Shown piece after piece: positions 1-27,898 of a DNA stretch of 64,000 bases; positions within the stretch are counted from its first letter, which is position 1, and every line of letters starts with the position of its first letter. Made by a program: the position numbers and the translations under genes. The stretch spans positions 1,426,001 to 1,490,000 of the forward strand of contig CAVNZM010000015.1 in the NCBI GenBank assembly GCA_963693365.1, read 5' to 3'. A model generated the notes under the pieces. It did no database searches. It saw nothing but the letters and a program-made list of their open reading frames with translations, and was not told the origin of the DNA. The stretch comes from Amoebidium appalachense. Lineage: Eukaryota; Protista; Ichthyosporea.

Positions 1-612
1 TACAATCCTGAAAGTTTCCTTCAGATGACGTTTCTTTCCACCCTACAATAGCGTAGAGCCATGCAGAGAAAAGAAATGTGATGCTTTTCTGTGTGGATAG
101 AATATTGTATGCCCGTTGTGGAAAAGGAGTGTCAAAAAATGTATTAACCTGCAAGGCACAAACGGTGTGAACGTTAACTTGTGAAATTGCTGAACCTCTT
201 GGCTCAATGCCCATTATTGCCAACTTGCTTTCCCATGGCATTTTTGTGTCTCCTTCACACCCATCTTTCAAGCGCATGTGCAGTTTATCACAGCTTTTAA
301 CTTTTGTGTTTCCAGAAAGTGACGGTTGCCCCTTATTGGACTCTTTTGCTCCCGAACACCCCTCACATTCGCGTCATTCCCATAAACACACCCACAGGAA
401 CAAGCTATTCCAGGATCTTTCGCGTGTACTGTTTTTTTTCTAGACATCAAGACCATCTACTCCTTCTATTCTCAGTATCTCCTTCCTCCATCATTGAACC
501 CCTCTCCACCCCCATTAATTGCTTCCTTCCTCTTCAACTGCGCCTTTAGCCTCTAAATCTTGCCCACTCCTTCCCTTCGATTCCGCATATGTCTTCTTCT
601 TCGAACTCCATG

Positions 613-1427
613 TTAGAACATCCGCTTGAGCCTTTGAAAAACGGCATGCTACACAAGGTCCAAGGTGTACAATGTAACGGTTACCTTTCAGCAGACAGGA
701 TGCCCATGGCTTCTTCAAAGCTCAGCCCAACATGTAGTGCTGAATCTGGGGGCGTAAGGAGGAGCCTGAAAAGGGAGAAGTAGGAGGGGGGGGGGGGGGG
801 GGAAAGGTTGCAGGGTTTGAGTGGAAGAAGGCCGGGGGGGAAGGGGGGGGGAGAGGGGGGGGGGGGGGGGGGGGAGGTATTTGCCCTCCATGTGTCCCGT
901 GGCTCTGAAAACCTTACCCCCCCTTTCCCCCTGCTCCCTCCCCCAAGAGTCTTCCCCTCTAGACCTTTTCGCCTCCGCGTGCACCCACCACCACCAACCC
1001 CCCCCTCCCCCCCCCCCCTCCCCCCCCCCTCCCCCCCCCCCCCCCCCCCCCCCCCCGGCCCTCCCCCTCCGCCATCCTTCCCCCACATGTGCCCCTCCCC
1101 CAGCAACCCCCTCCACCCTCCCGCACCCTCATGGCTCCCTTTTGCTGGACATGTCCTCCCCCACCCCCCCCCCCCCCCCCTTCCCCCTCCCACCCGGACG
1201 GACCCACCCCTCACGCCCTCCCCGCCATCCCCCCCCATCCCCCCCCCCTCTCCCCTCCCCCTTCCCCCCCATACATATACACACACAAACCTACCCCTCC
1301 AAGAGGTGGCGGTGTAGGACAAGACTGCATTAGCTAACGGTAGAAACCGAAAAGGACCCACGTGCTCGTGCACAAGCACCCACACCTACCTGCATCCTGA
1401 GCCACAGTGCATAGTACGCACGGACAG
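613..1427 (-). CDS. Tentative spliced fragment of an unidentified, possibly decayed gene
   Basis: GT-AG-bounded, phase-compatible pieces 1427-1390, 765-685 and 631-613 join to LSVRTMHCGSGCRLLLTPPDSALHVGLSFEEAMGILSAERLKRMF*. The downstream 1-610 region looks codon-like (Glu/Lys/Gly-rich) but is broken by stops in all frames. No family recognised and no start exon found. Confidence 0.3.
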
Positions 1428-1566
1428 CTGTCCCGAAATAGAACCCATTAAAAACAAACCATACAACTTGGTTCCGCTAACTAGCAGGTACATACCAGAA
1501 CATTGGAAGAAAACCAGGGAGAGGGGAAGGAGGGGGGGGGGGGGGGGGAGGGCGGATGAAGGGGGG

Positions 1567-1608
<42 letters not shown>

Positions 1609-1643
1609 AGGGTAGTCGGGAGCAAAAAGGGGGAGGGCCGTAA

Positions 1644-1677
<34 letters not shown>

Positions 1678-2250
1678 CTAAGGGCCCCGGCCGAGCGGAA
1701 GAGGATACGGGTAGGTGCAATGAAGTTCTCGACACAGTTCTCACATATGCGTGCACACACACACAAAACATGGGACTTTGCAAGTGTGTGTACAACTTCC
1801 CAGCCTCCCCCCCCCCCCCCTCCCCTCCCCCCCTCCCCCCCCCCCCCCCCCCCCCGGGCCCCTCTCCCCCTCCACACCTCCCCCCCATTCTCACCATCCC
1901 TTGCATGACCCTCATTTCCCAATCCTCACCCTCCCATCCCCATGGGCCTCCTCCCCCCGCCCCTCCCCCCCCCCGTCCCCCTCTCGTCTCACCTCTTCCC
2001 TCCCCCTTCCCCCCTCTCATTTTTTACTACCCTCCATCTCCCCCTTCCCCTCCCCTCCCCCCTCCCGCCCCCATTATAATCTTATCTCGCCAACACGCGA
2101 GAGGGCCACCATTGACTCCCGTTTCCCCTTTACCCCTGGCTCCATTGTTCCCCATATCCAACCACGCACCGTAAGTTACCGAACACATCTACAGTAGACT
2201 CACATAGTTATGAAGCCCATATACACACACATACATAGTTAGAAAGCTCA

Positions 2251-2335
<85 letters not shown>

Positions 2336-2913
2336 GTAAATAAAAGCTCACATACACATACACATCACACTCCCACATGCTTACGTTTGATGCGCCCGCA
2401 CGGTGCACATGCATGTGACCAAACACCAATGGTGTTTGATGCTTTAATACTACGTTGGACTCTTTCAAAAATACGAAATAATGTGTTTTATTGACTAATT
2501 TTCGTTTCATTAATACGAAATGGTGTGTTTTATTGAGTAGTTTTAGGAGACCCCGTAGCAAGGACATACAATACATATAGGTATATGAGTACTTGCTCTA
2601 ATAGTTATCTTTTCACACAGAGCAAGAGAGGTAAATCGGAAAGCTTAGAGAAGTGCTCACAGACTTGCTGTTAAGTGTGAGTTCCGGAGAGTAACGCTTA
2701 TCAAATCTCAATTAGCAGGCCGAATAACGTAGTGTTGCAATAAAAAGCTGCCCCAAAACACATTTTAAGGATCCGGAACGCCACCATGTATATGATATTA
2801 AAATATCAAAAGCGCTAAAACCTTTGGTTACAACTGCGTAACAGTACTCTCAAGAACACAACATACACCAAAAATAGAAGGATAAAACATAACGATTTAA
2901 TACATATCCGTTT

Positions 2914-4510
2914 TTATGTCCTAAGTAGGCTGGGGCTCCCATGCGCATGCAAACTCTCAGGCACCAACCCATCAGTAGATCCAAGCACGTGCAAGCTATC
3001 ACGTGACACATTCTCGTGATCATGATTGGCTGTGGCCGCACAGGAAGACGTGCTCATTGGGCGAGAATCATCCAAAGCCGCAACCGATTGGTGCGTCGAC
3101 GCAGGTGTCGACATTGATTTTACGGCCGCGCGGGAAGCATTTGCATGGAAATTATTCATCACAACTAGTCTTTCCTCCATTTTCGCGAGTTTTTCCGTCA
3201 ACTTTGGATTTCATCACGTAGGTGTTTTTCCCTCCTAGTACCGACCATACCGTGCTCTTCTGTCGTCACCCTTCCTTCCTCCCTGCTCGTACTGTTGTTA
3301 CTACTGTCCCAATTGTGATCCTTGTGCGTTGATCGGTGATTTTCATTGGCTGGTGTGTTGCGATCCGCACTCTCGTAATTCCGCATACCACCAGTATTTG
3401 GCGTGCTGCCGGTGCGTGAAGTGGAAAGCTGGATCCAGTGATTTATAGCCAATAGTTTCGGGGCCATGTAGACGGTGACGGTGTAGATGACGGCGGCCCA
3501 GATGGCTACCCAGATAACAACCAATCGGGTCACAGGATCTTTGACTACAAGCGTCACCGGGAACGCGATGCAGGCAGTCAGCGCAGCCTGTGATTGGATA
3601 GATGTCAGCTTGGTATTTGGTGACCCAGAAAAGGGGGGAGGGGGAGCAGAGAGGTGGGGGGGGGGGGGGGGAGGGGGGAGGGAGGGGGGAGGTACGTGTG
3701 GTGGTGGTGGTGGTGGTGGGGGGGGGGGGGGGGGGGGCAAGGGGCCCCTCTCATCTGCAACATCCTAAAACCAAACCACCTAATCTCGGCGTGCGTCAGG
3801 TGGTCTTCGGTGCTCCGAGTTTGCGTAATGGTCCAATTTTTCCAGGCGCTACAGGCGCATGGGGAGGTTCCCGCTAGGCCTCCGGCTCTGAGGGGAGTTC
3901 GTTCAAACACTGCAACCCGATTGGTGAAATGGTCTTCGCACATCCACCAACCCTCAGGGGCCGGACGCAGCTGCACACACGGTAATCAGACAGCGGCGTA
4001 ATTTGGTAAAGATTTCCCCCTCCCACGCAGCCCAATAGTGTTTCCAAATACTATATCTTAACAGATGATGGATAACATATATATGTTAGCTTTACCGATT
4101 TATACAGTATTTTAACTGAATGATAAATGATCTCGTAAAAAACAAATGATTGTTCAACTCGGTTAAGATAAAATACTCATGCACGTACTATGATCGTCTG
4201 CTGTGTCAACCCGTTATCTAGTAGATCTCCATGGACGGTATACGGTAATTTTAGAGTGTTGTACCGTGTTCAAGTCACGTCATACTCGTTAAAATGTAAA
4301 CGATGTCTACCATCGGCTAATAGAAGGTTATATATTTACACGGTACTCAGTATCTCACCTCCAACACCACGATGGCCTCACACTCCATTCACCCCACCCA
4401 TACAGCTGCTAACCTCTCTGGCCACTGACTAAATGTTCATTCCCTCCTTCTCCCTCCCCCCCACCCCCCCCACCCCCCCCACCCCTCCCCCCACCTGCCC
4501 TCCTCCCCCC

Positions 4511-4593
<83 letters not shown>

Positions 4594-5190
4594 TCACACC
4601 TCCCCCTCCCCCTCCCCTCCCCTCCCCCCATTAATTTGCCTAAAGGCAGCTTTGGCGGGTGACAGCTTTTAATGAGGTCGGGAGCACCTGGGAATGGAGG
4701 AGACCTGGCCGGCCCTGGGGAAAGGAAGATTGTGATCGTTAGCTTTGCTGTCGTCGTAACATTGAGGGAAAGCATATAGGCCTTGTTGCGTTTTTCTTTC
4801 CTTCTTTATTCTTTTTGTTTTTCTTTTTTTCTCTTCCGTATTCATGTTTATGTTTTACGTTTCCAATAATGTTACTTTAACCAGTGCGTGTCTCAGTTGT
4901 CATATGAGGCCTTCAACAGTGCATTTACAGGAAGAATTCATGTGGATGGGCGTATGGGTGTGTGCCGCATAGCAGTGTTTACGGGTCCACTTGCACATAC
5001 ACACACACACACACACAGGCACATACACACACACACACACACACACAGGCATATATACACACACACACACACACACACAGGCACATACGCACACAGACAG
5101 ACACACGGGTACATACACATACACACACACACAGAGAGAGAGAGGGAGAGAGGGAAAGAGAGAAATAGAGAGATGTAGAAAACTAAGCAA

Positions 5191-5267
<77 letters not shown>

Positions 5268-5801
5268 CCTTCACACACACACACACATGTGCACCCACAC
5301 ACATACACACGGACGAGAGAACACAAAGACACTACCTGCGCTGTTTCTGAGGCTCAGCATACCCGAGAACAAGATCCGGGTTTGTTTTAAACATATATTT
5401 TGCAACCGTTATGTTTCATGTTAAAAGTGCGGTCTAGTTGTAAGTGTAAAATATGTCTACGGAGATTCACTTGTATTTATTCGTATGTGATTAGTCGTAC
5501 ATCATTCGTAAGCAGTGTAGCTGATGGTATCATCGGTATGATTATAAAGTCAACTTTTCCTAACAAACATCGAAACCCCCTTCGAAATCTGTCTTTACTC
5601 AGAAGCGCAGGAATTCCCCCCAAAACAGTGTCTGCTGCCTGCACGTTCTTATTTTTTTTTATTTAATTTTTTAAATATAATCTTTTGGTGGTTTTGCTGT
5701 CTTTACATCCACGCTTACCACCATCCCATGCAACCCATCCCATGCAACAATCCCCCAGTCCCTCCCCTCCCCCCCCCCCAAAAAAAAATAAAAAAATAAA
5801 A

Positions 5802-5845
<44 letters not shown>

Positions 5846-6873
5846 CACCCCACCCCTTTGAAGTGTTTCCTGCCTGCAATTTTTTTTTTTTTTTTTGTGG
5901 TGGTGGTGGCTGTGGGGGGAGGGGAGAAGGGGGGGAGGGGGGAGGGGGGAGGGGGGGCCTTGATGGGATCTGGTTTTTTTTGTATTCATATGACGTTTTG
6001 TGCTTTGTCCTTTGATGTCACACCTCCATAATTCCAACCCTCTAATATACTTCCCCTCACCCCTCCCTCCCCTCGAGCACCCTATCCGCTCTGCTTTCCA
6101 ACACTACAATCCGTCCCTTCCTCGTTTTCCCAAACCACCCTCGGGCCGGCGTGCATTCCCTTGACTTCCCAGGAAGGAAAAAGAAGATGTAAGAAAGAAA
6201 CACGTATATACAGCCACATATATACACACACACGCACGTGCGTGGGCGCACATACAAACACACACATACATACATGTAGACACGCACACACACGCGTGCG
6301 CGCGCACACACACACACGCACACGCACACACACTGACGTGAGACACACGTACACAGCCCGGGCCTTTTTGGCAAAGAGATAATCCGTTCTTTTGTGTCTT
6401 GCTCACTGTCTCCCCCTCCCCCCCCCCCCCCCCCCCCCCTTCCCCCCTTATCCCCGCGCCCAAAGCCCCGAACTTTTGAGAGCCCAACGAATTCGAACCT
6501 TCAAGGGCCTATACAAGCACACATGTAGACACATATAAACAAACAAACACACACACACATGCATTGCACACGCATGCACACACACTCATTCGAATACACA
6601 ATGATATTCAACTTTCAGAACAGAGCCTTCTGGATCCATTACAGCTACCATACAGTGTGTACACATGTGTGCTCGACTGTATGTGTATGTGTGTGCCGCT
6701 AGTTGTGCACGTGCACAGAATGTGTCCATACGTGCACCGCGTGCGTGCGTAAATGATTGTGTATGGCCGGCCAACATGCACGCCCTGGCCTGTGTACATA
6801 TGGGGTAGCGACATAATAGGTACATGATAATAATATATTATGCATGCAGCGCACGGCAGCCCGCGCGCACATC

Positions 6874-6908
<35 letters not shown>

Positions 6909-7261
6909 TTCCCGGCATGGCTTTTCCTGCGGTGCGTTGGAAGGTGTTTATGTGTGGGGATCGGTTGGGTAGGAAGGTGCTTGAGCACGGGAAGGCGGGC
7001 TTGCAAGAGGGGAGAGGGGGGAAGGGGGCAGAGGGGAAGGGACGAGGGATGGGGTTGTAGGGGGGCCGCGGCTAGTGTCCATATATGGCACTGTGTGACA
7101 ATAATAATGTGTGTGTGTGCGCTGGTGCATGCAACCATGCATGCGTGCGGGCGGGCGTGCACGTGCCTGTTTGTGTTGGTGTGCGTGTGTCCGTGTGTGT
7201 TACAGTGGTGTTTGTGCTTGCTCAAATACGAAATGCCAAAATAAACCACGATTGTCTTTGG

Positions 7262-7292
<31 letters not shown>

Positions 7293-8080
7293 GGCTGAGG
7301 GGGAATGAGGGATTGACGAGCCCTCCGGTGGAGGAATGTTCAATAAGGCTCTTTTCAAGTTCAACAAGAAAGTGTTGTGTGCTAGCCTGCCATCATATGT
7401 GATGGTTGCTGTACAATTTGAATTTTGTGCGGTCAATTGTAATTGGTCAAATAACGTTAGCGACAGATGATTGGTGACGATTTGAAATGATCATCAAATT
7501 TTTTAGAAGCAATTCTCGGGGCCTTTGGCCAAATTTGCTATCAAGAGAAGTCAAAAGCATGTTCATTTTTTCTCTACTTCATAAATTTTCTCAACTATTA
7601 TACCTGTAAATACTATAATATTATGATTTATAAATATTTGATATTACAAAAATATAACTATAGGTCTGAAATATGCTTTCAACATCAGATCAAAACCTTA
7701 TAAATTTCAATCTAGCTCTCACACACCCCAGCTGATTTCAGATCTAGGTTTACCTAAAGGAATGTGCAAGACCCAAACATTATGGCTCCCTGTGGTCAAC
7801 AATAGTTTTTGGATATGTCAGCAACATATCATGAGCTGATGTTGAGAATATTACTACTAGAGTGAAGTCCACATCCTCAGTTGCTGTAGCGTAAACAAGG
7901 GTGTTTTAATTTATCCTTTTACACGGTTTTCTATACAGCTTTCTATACAATTTGGGATTCACGGCTTGCATTGTTCGTGTCCTCCATTTACGCAAGAAGT
8001 TTCCAATTACCATTAGTATCACAGTGGCACAATCATCCACCATCTTGGCCATCGACCGGATGTTCTGAATTCGACTGGCT
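2914..8080 (-). pseudogene. Class C (GABA-B-like, 7tm_3) GPCR, apparently pseudogenised
   Basis: TM1/ICL1-like ATVILMVIGNFLRKWRTRTMQAVNPKL (~8040-7950); degenerate GPVNTAM...NALLKASY with in-frame stops (~4990-4890). Exon 3970-3755 ends AWKNW...HAEIRWFGFRMLQ; the exon from 3587 gives TM6-TM7 AALTACIAFPVTLVVKDPVTRLVVIWVAIWAAVIYTVTVYMAPKL (class C-type PK at the end of TM7), then a coiled-coil tail REKHLRDEIQ/LTEKLAKMEERL. Lesions: AT instead of GT donor at 3754, 1-nt frameshift at ~3204, internal stops. Confidence 0.6.
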
Positions 8081-8467
8081 GTGTTGATTCAGAGATTTTG
8101 GGTTAAAACAACGCGAGAGGCTTTCTAACTTACCCTTTTACTGGAATAACTGCTTTGAAATAGAGGTTTGATTGTTTGTGCCTTCTTCAGAGTCACGATG
8201 CCGAAAGATGATCAGTCAACGTGAGTAATCCCCTTGTGCTGGTTTTAGAGTCTCTGATGGCATCTGTGGGTGGGGTGGGTGGGTGGGTGGGTGGGTTTGT
8301 AGGTGGGTGGGTGGGTGGGTAGGTGGGTGGGTGGGTGGGCGTGTGTGTGCATGTGTGTGGGTGGGTGGGTGGGTGTGGGTGGGTGTGGGTGGGTGTGTGC
8401 GTGCATTCGTGTGTGGGTTGGTGGGTGGGTGGGTGCACGGTCTGTGTGTGCGTGTGCTTGTGCATGG

Positions 8468-8498
<31 letters not shown>

Positions 8499-8874
8499 CG
8501 AGTGTGTATGCAGTATGCTGTGCCTGTTTGTGTTTGCATATATGCTAATTTGACCCAGAGTACGAGAAGGTTTAGTCTGAAAAGAGTGTATTTGGTCGCG
8601 TGTTGACAGCTTGTGTTTTGGTTTGAACGGCGGGGGGAAAGGGGGCGGAAGGGAGCAGAGGGGAGGAGGGGGGAAAGGGGAGGGGCGGAGGGGGAGGGGA
8701 GAGATGTGGGGAGGGGAGGAGCGATTCGTGATGTGGGGTGCTATGTGTATGTGTGTGGGGGGGTTTGGTATGGAGGCTCAGCGCAAGTGTTTGCGTGTGC
8801 GTAAATTACTGGGCCTCACTTATATTGTTCCTGCCAATGTTTGTTTGTTTGTGTGTGTGTAGTGTGTTTGTGTG

Positions 8875-8905
<31 letters not shown>

Positions 8906-9557
8906 CCGCACGCGCATATGTTTGTGTGACCTGGTATGTGTGTGCCACAATGTGTGGTGTGCATGTACACGTGTGAGGGTACACATTTCTTGTAATGTGA
9001 TTGTCGTCCATGTCCACATGTGTATGCGTACGGTTAGGACACTACTTCCGTGCGTCCTGGGGGCACTTTGTTTGAGCGACTCACGGTGCTTTGATTGTGC
9101 CTAGTCATGGGCACTTTTTTTGCTCCAATTAGGTCACAGTTCGTCTTTAAGGGGGGGGGAGGGGGGGAGAAGGGGAGGGGGGAGAGAGGGGAGGAGGGAG
9201 GGGCAGGGGGTAGCATGGTGTAGAGAAAATAGGTGTGTCTTTTCATCAGATTTGCCGTGCGCGGTGCAATACGAGAATCCTGCTGTCCACAGTTGAAAGC
9301 TAGCAGATTATCCCCCCTCCCCCCTTTTTTTCACCTCCGATTCCCTCACGATTAACGGTCGTGGTACATAGGACATCACCCTTCTTTTTCACTTCAACTC
9401 CCTACCGATTGACAGAATCATAACAGTACTTTGTGGGGCACATTTTAAAAAGGGGGGGGGGGGGGGGGGGGGGGGGGGAGAAAAAAGGAAACAGGGTGGG
9501 AAAAAGAACGCGTACTATAGGAATACTGACAATTTCCCCCTATACCACAGGGATACC

Positions 9558-14462
<4,905 letters not shown>

Positions 14463-16697
14463 ACGTTAATTGTTTTTGTTTTTACAAGTCACGTGCTTTG
14501 AAGTGGTGTTACCGTTTATGGTAGCAAATCTCTCGGATCCGATTGATTCATAGTCAGCTTCGCATCCACACGTCTGATATTATTTTTTGTGAAGACTAGT
14601 TATGAAAGTATGCCATCGGGGGGGGGGGGGGGGAGGGGAAGGGAGGGGGGGGAGGGAGGGAGGGGGGGGGGGAGGGGGGAGGGAGGGGGAGGGGGGAGGC
14701 GTCACGGGCCACTAGCTCAACCAGTAAAAGTTATACTACAAAAAGTGTGAGGTGGTGTCATTGCGGAGGCTTTTCTTGTTATCAAGCTCGACTACAGTGA
14801 TCCATGTATTCAATAGCCCGGCCGCTGAACCATTAAGTAGTCCTTACTGTTAGGCCGATGTACAATAGTTTCTGTATGTCAACCCTCGCCACATAGTCTC
14901 CAAGGCTTTGTACCCGCTGGCTTACGTAAGTGGCCGGGGTGGCCTACGACGCTGCGGGCGCCTGCTTTAACCTACAAGATATGTTAGAGAGGCCGCAGGG
15001 AGACAGCACCCAAAGTGACTACTCGCCACACCAATTAATCGATGGTTCGTCTATTTACAGTAGCTTCATGATAACCACTTAAGGGTTGTTTGTGTACAGT
15101 GGGAATTTGCAAGTTCAGTTTGCACATGCACACACAAACATACGCACGCAGGCACACATGCATGATGTTTATACAGTCTTTCCTTTCTCTTTTTTTGGGG
15201 GAAGAGAGAGTGTGTGTCTGTCTGTGTGTATGTGTGTGTGTGTGGGGGGGGGGGGGGGGGGGGGGGTCAAGAGAGAGAGAGAGAGAGAGTGTGTGTGTGT
15301 GTGTGTGGGGGGGGGGGTTCAAGAGAGTGTAGGTTAAATTTATGTTCCTTTTTATTTGATGAGTGTAATCCCACCACACCGTCTGTGATTGGATACTAAA
15401 TAGTCTATGGTAGGCAAGTACTTGAATCATCAGCTATAAGGGATAGAGGATCCTGTATCGACGAAGGCCCTAAGTTAGCCGAAAGGATGACTTGTGTTGC
15501 GGTTTCCATGGTGTGCTTTAAATTTTAGATTAGACTCCTGGCGGGGATAATGTGTCAACTGAATGCACCATATACTGCATATTGCTCGTTGTACAATAAT
15601 AGCGACGTCTCTTGACATATTAAGCCAATATCAAGCTTTGGTGTGAAATAAGTTGGCAGGTTGTATACATAGGCCTTACTGAATACATGCTTACTGATAG
15701 CCAAGGTTCAGGGAAAAAAAGTTTCAGCTCACTTTAACCCTGTGTATGTGTGTGTGGGGTGGGGGGGATGGAGGGAGGGAGGGGTGAGTTGCCTGAAGAA
15801 CACAAATGCACGTGTGTGCGAAAGCAAAAGCCCATTGGCAGTGGAGATGAAATCACCCACGTTAGTACATGTCATTAGGAAAGTCGGGTGTGGTGAATTC
15901 GGAAGTGTGCGACTAATTGTTGTAGTGTGGTGAAAACTTTGTGTGTAACTGTGCAGTGCAAGTGTATGGGACATTCGACAGACACATGTGTGTGGGGCTG
16001 GGGGGGGGGGGGGGGGGTTGAGGAGGGGCGGGCCAGGGGGAGGGGAGGGGGGGGGGGAGGGGGGGGGGGGACGACCAAAAACCCATCGCACAGGGGGGAG
16101 GGGGGGGGGGGGAGGAGGGCTCAGTCTGAGAGATAGAGAGTGTCGGGGGGGGGGGGGGGGGGGGAGACCTAAAGTGTGTACAAGAGAGGAAGGGCAGCCT
16201 TATATCATGAAATTCCCAAATGTGACACCAGATTGTGATGAATATCTTACAGTGTTTGAAAATTTTTCTCTTGACTGGGATTTATTGATCAGTGGTCCAG
16301 TGGATATGAAGGCCACGTGCAGCCACAGGCTACATGACCACCAAATAACCGACTTCGAAAGATAAAAGTCAAAAGAAAAAAAAAGAAAATAATTCTTTCT
16401 TATTATTATTTTTTTTCTTCCGAATCAGATACGTCCGGTTCATGAAAAATGCCCACAAATATGCAATTCGCACTAGGATTTTACATCCGACATTTGGGTC
16501 TGCATTTATCTCTCCTTCTTCTTTCATTCCAAAGTTTCTTCTTTTCCTCCTTTCTCCCCCCCCCCCCCCCCCCCCCCCCCTTCCCCCCTCTTTCTCCCCC
16601 CCCTCCCCCCCTCCCCCCCCCCTCCCCCCCCCCCCCCCCCCCCCACCTTTTTTTTTGCCCCAGTGACACCGAGGATTTGGCATACAGTTCCATTTGG

Positions 16698-16705
16698 TGA
16701 CGTCA
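16698..16705. promoter_or_regulatory. CRE palindrome TGACGTCA upstream of the P450
   Basis: Perfect TGACGTCA ~390 bp upstream of the P450 ATG; function not shown. Confidence 0.3.
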
Positions 16706-17097
16706 TCATTGAAACAGACGAGGTCATACTTGGGCCACAAATAACCAGGACTTCAGGGTGTAGAGTCTACGTCCAACAGACTAGACAGGGATATAAGATA
16801 ATGCTGGGAATCTCGGCATGTCAGTTTGCATCAGTTACGAGACCCGACTAGGGCAAGCTAGTACCGTTCTCCTTTCAAATTCCCCCTTCACCCCCTTAAA
16901 AGTTTCCTCTTCTTCCCTTTTCTTTTCTTGCTCTACTTGACTCCTAATATTCTTCCCTCAAATCCTCCCCCCCCCAGCCTCCCTCCCTCCCCCCTCCCTC
17001 CCTCCCCCTCCGTATTCAGTCTCCTCCGTCTTATCCTTCTTTCTATCGTTGTGGTTGTCAATTGTTTTGTTCCTTTTCGAGCAAGGGGAAAAAAACA

Positions 17098-25761
<8,664 letters not shown>

Positions 25762-26835
25762 TATCCAATTGAAGCTAATTAACATGCTTTGAATATCATG
25801 TTTTATTTAAAGATCAGTGCCTGCTCTGCATTACTAACATATTCTAGATGTCAAACTAACAGATTAATAACCTAACAGCCTGTCCATAGTAGTCATCGTG
25901 GACGTAAACTTTCTGAATCAACTCGATGGTGTGAAGCATAAAATATACGTTCATAACCGGAATCATAAAAAACTGCCCATATACACGTAGCCATCCCCCC
26001 CCCCCCCCCCCCCCCCTTTCTCCCCAGTCCCCATATACACACACCCCCTCCCCCCCTTCTCCAAGGCCACCCCTCCGCTCTCCCCATCAAGCAGAATTGA
26101 TCAGATTATCGCTTGCATTGGTCAGTCAAACTGCCTCTGACCATTATTCTCCAATCAGAAAGCAGGATCTCGAGCGCCACACTGGAAGGGTCCGTACCAC
26201 CTGCCTAATTAGGAAACGTCTCGCCCCTAGAACTATCAGTTGGTCATGATGCAAAGCTTCCCTTCTCACTCTACTGTGCATGTTCGTTTCAAAACCTTTG
26301 CTCAGTTTTTTTTTCATTGTTATTTTGTTTATTCAAGTTATTTATTATTTTTTTTTTTTTAAAACCGACAGTTGTGTTTACCAACGACCCACCGAGGTGC
26401 TACATCCGATGACAGTGTGCATATCCAGGGCCGAAACACGAGGGTGAATATTTCATGCCCTACAACGTGCGCATACGGACGGGTATAAGCCCTCTCCCCT
26501 TTTTGTGCCAGTATTCGCGACGCTCAGTTCAGTAAGTTAGTAAATTGGATGTAGAATTTTTCTTACTGAGTCTTTTGTATTGTGCCCAGGGTGTAAAACC
26601 CAATGGCATATGGATTTTTTCAGTTTCGTGAAGAAGTATGCGAGGTAGGTCCATCATTATAGACCTAGGATAAACCGCAGAACCTTTTTTGAACACATTA
26701 GTTTTATGATATTGCACGATACACAAATAGATGTTATGCCACCACAATTAAGACATGAACAGAAAAGCCATAACCCCTTGTCACTCTGTCTGGGCCTAAA
26801 GTACCGGCGGGCCCAATTTGTGTACGCTATCGTCA

Positions 26836-26867
<32 letters not shown>

Positions 26868-27732
26868 CCCCCGATCATGTGATTGCGGTTTGCCCGGTGA
26901 GCTATGAGGGTATCACAGAAGAATACCAAAATACTCCATCTCAAGGCGAGGCCTCTTGGAGGGAGAGAGGGTGGGCGGGCTTTCAGCTGCAGTCATTACA
27001 CGTGCGAGATTGAGAGAATTAGACGGGGGGTAATAATAATGCTTCTAGTGACCGGCGAAAGCGTACGTGTGGATGAGCCACGAATGGCTTTTTTGTTTCC
27101 AGCCCCACCGGCGCCCGCAGCCCCCCTCCCCCCGCCCCCCCCCCCCCTGGGCGAAGCCCCTCCATTCTATTCCCTTTCTCTCCTTTCTCTTCTTTTTGTA
27201 GGGGGGTGGTGGTGGTGGTGGTGGTGGTGGTGGGGGGGGGGGGGGGGGGGGGGGGAGGGGGGGGGGGGGGGGGGAGGGGGGGGGGAGGGGGGGGGAGGGA
27301 AGGGAGAGGGAATTGGTGTTTGTGATTAATGGGTGGGTTTTGCGGGCACAAACACAGTGTGTGACTGTGTGTGCGTGCGCGTGCGCTCGCGCGCGTGTGT
27401 GTTTGTGTGTGTGTGTGCGTGCGTGTGCTCGTACGTGTGTGCGAGCGATCGTGTGTGCGTACGTGTGTGTGCGTGTACGCGCGCATGTGTGTGGGAGATG
27501 CCCGGGGGGGGGGAGGGGGCCGGGAGGAGGAGGAGGAGGAGGGGGAGGAGGAGGAGGGTGGGAGGGGAGTATTAAGCCGTTTATTTGAACACTTGTAAGC
27601 AGGTTTTTGCCGTCTGCCGTCTCTTGCACACTGCAAATCTTTTGTGGGGAGGCTGGGGGAGGGAGACCCGCCCATATCATACTCACACATGATACTCGAG
27701 ATGTGCAGCATACAGTGTGTGTGTGTGTGTGT

Positions 27733-27786
<54 letters not shown>

Positions 27787-27808
27787 ATGTGTGCGCGTGT
27801 ACGCGTGT

Positions 27809-27898
<90 letters not shown>

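Noticed and set aside
1390-1427. PLAC8-like reading CPCVLCTVAQDA
   Set aside because: Only 12 residues; that frame stops early in the next exon and no other PLAC8 segment was found.
14705-14735. tRNA-like 5' end (TAGCTCAA)
   Set aside because: No B box and no cloverleaf.
26400-26480. Hammerhead-like CCGATGA...CGAAAC with a following hairpin
   Set aside because: The core has C instead of U, stem II does not pair and there is no NUH site.
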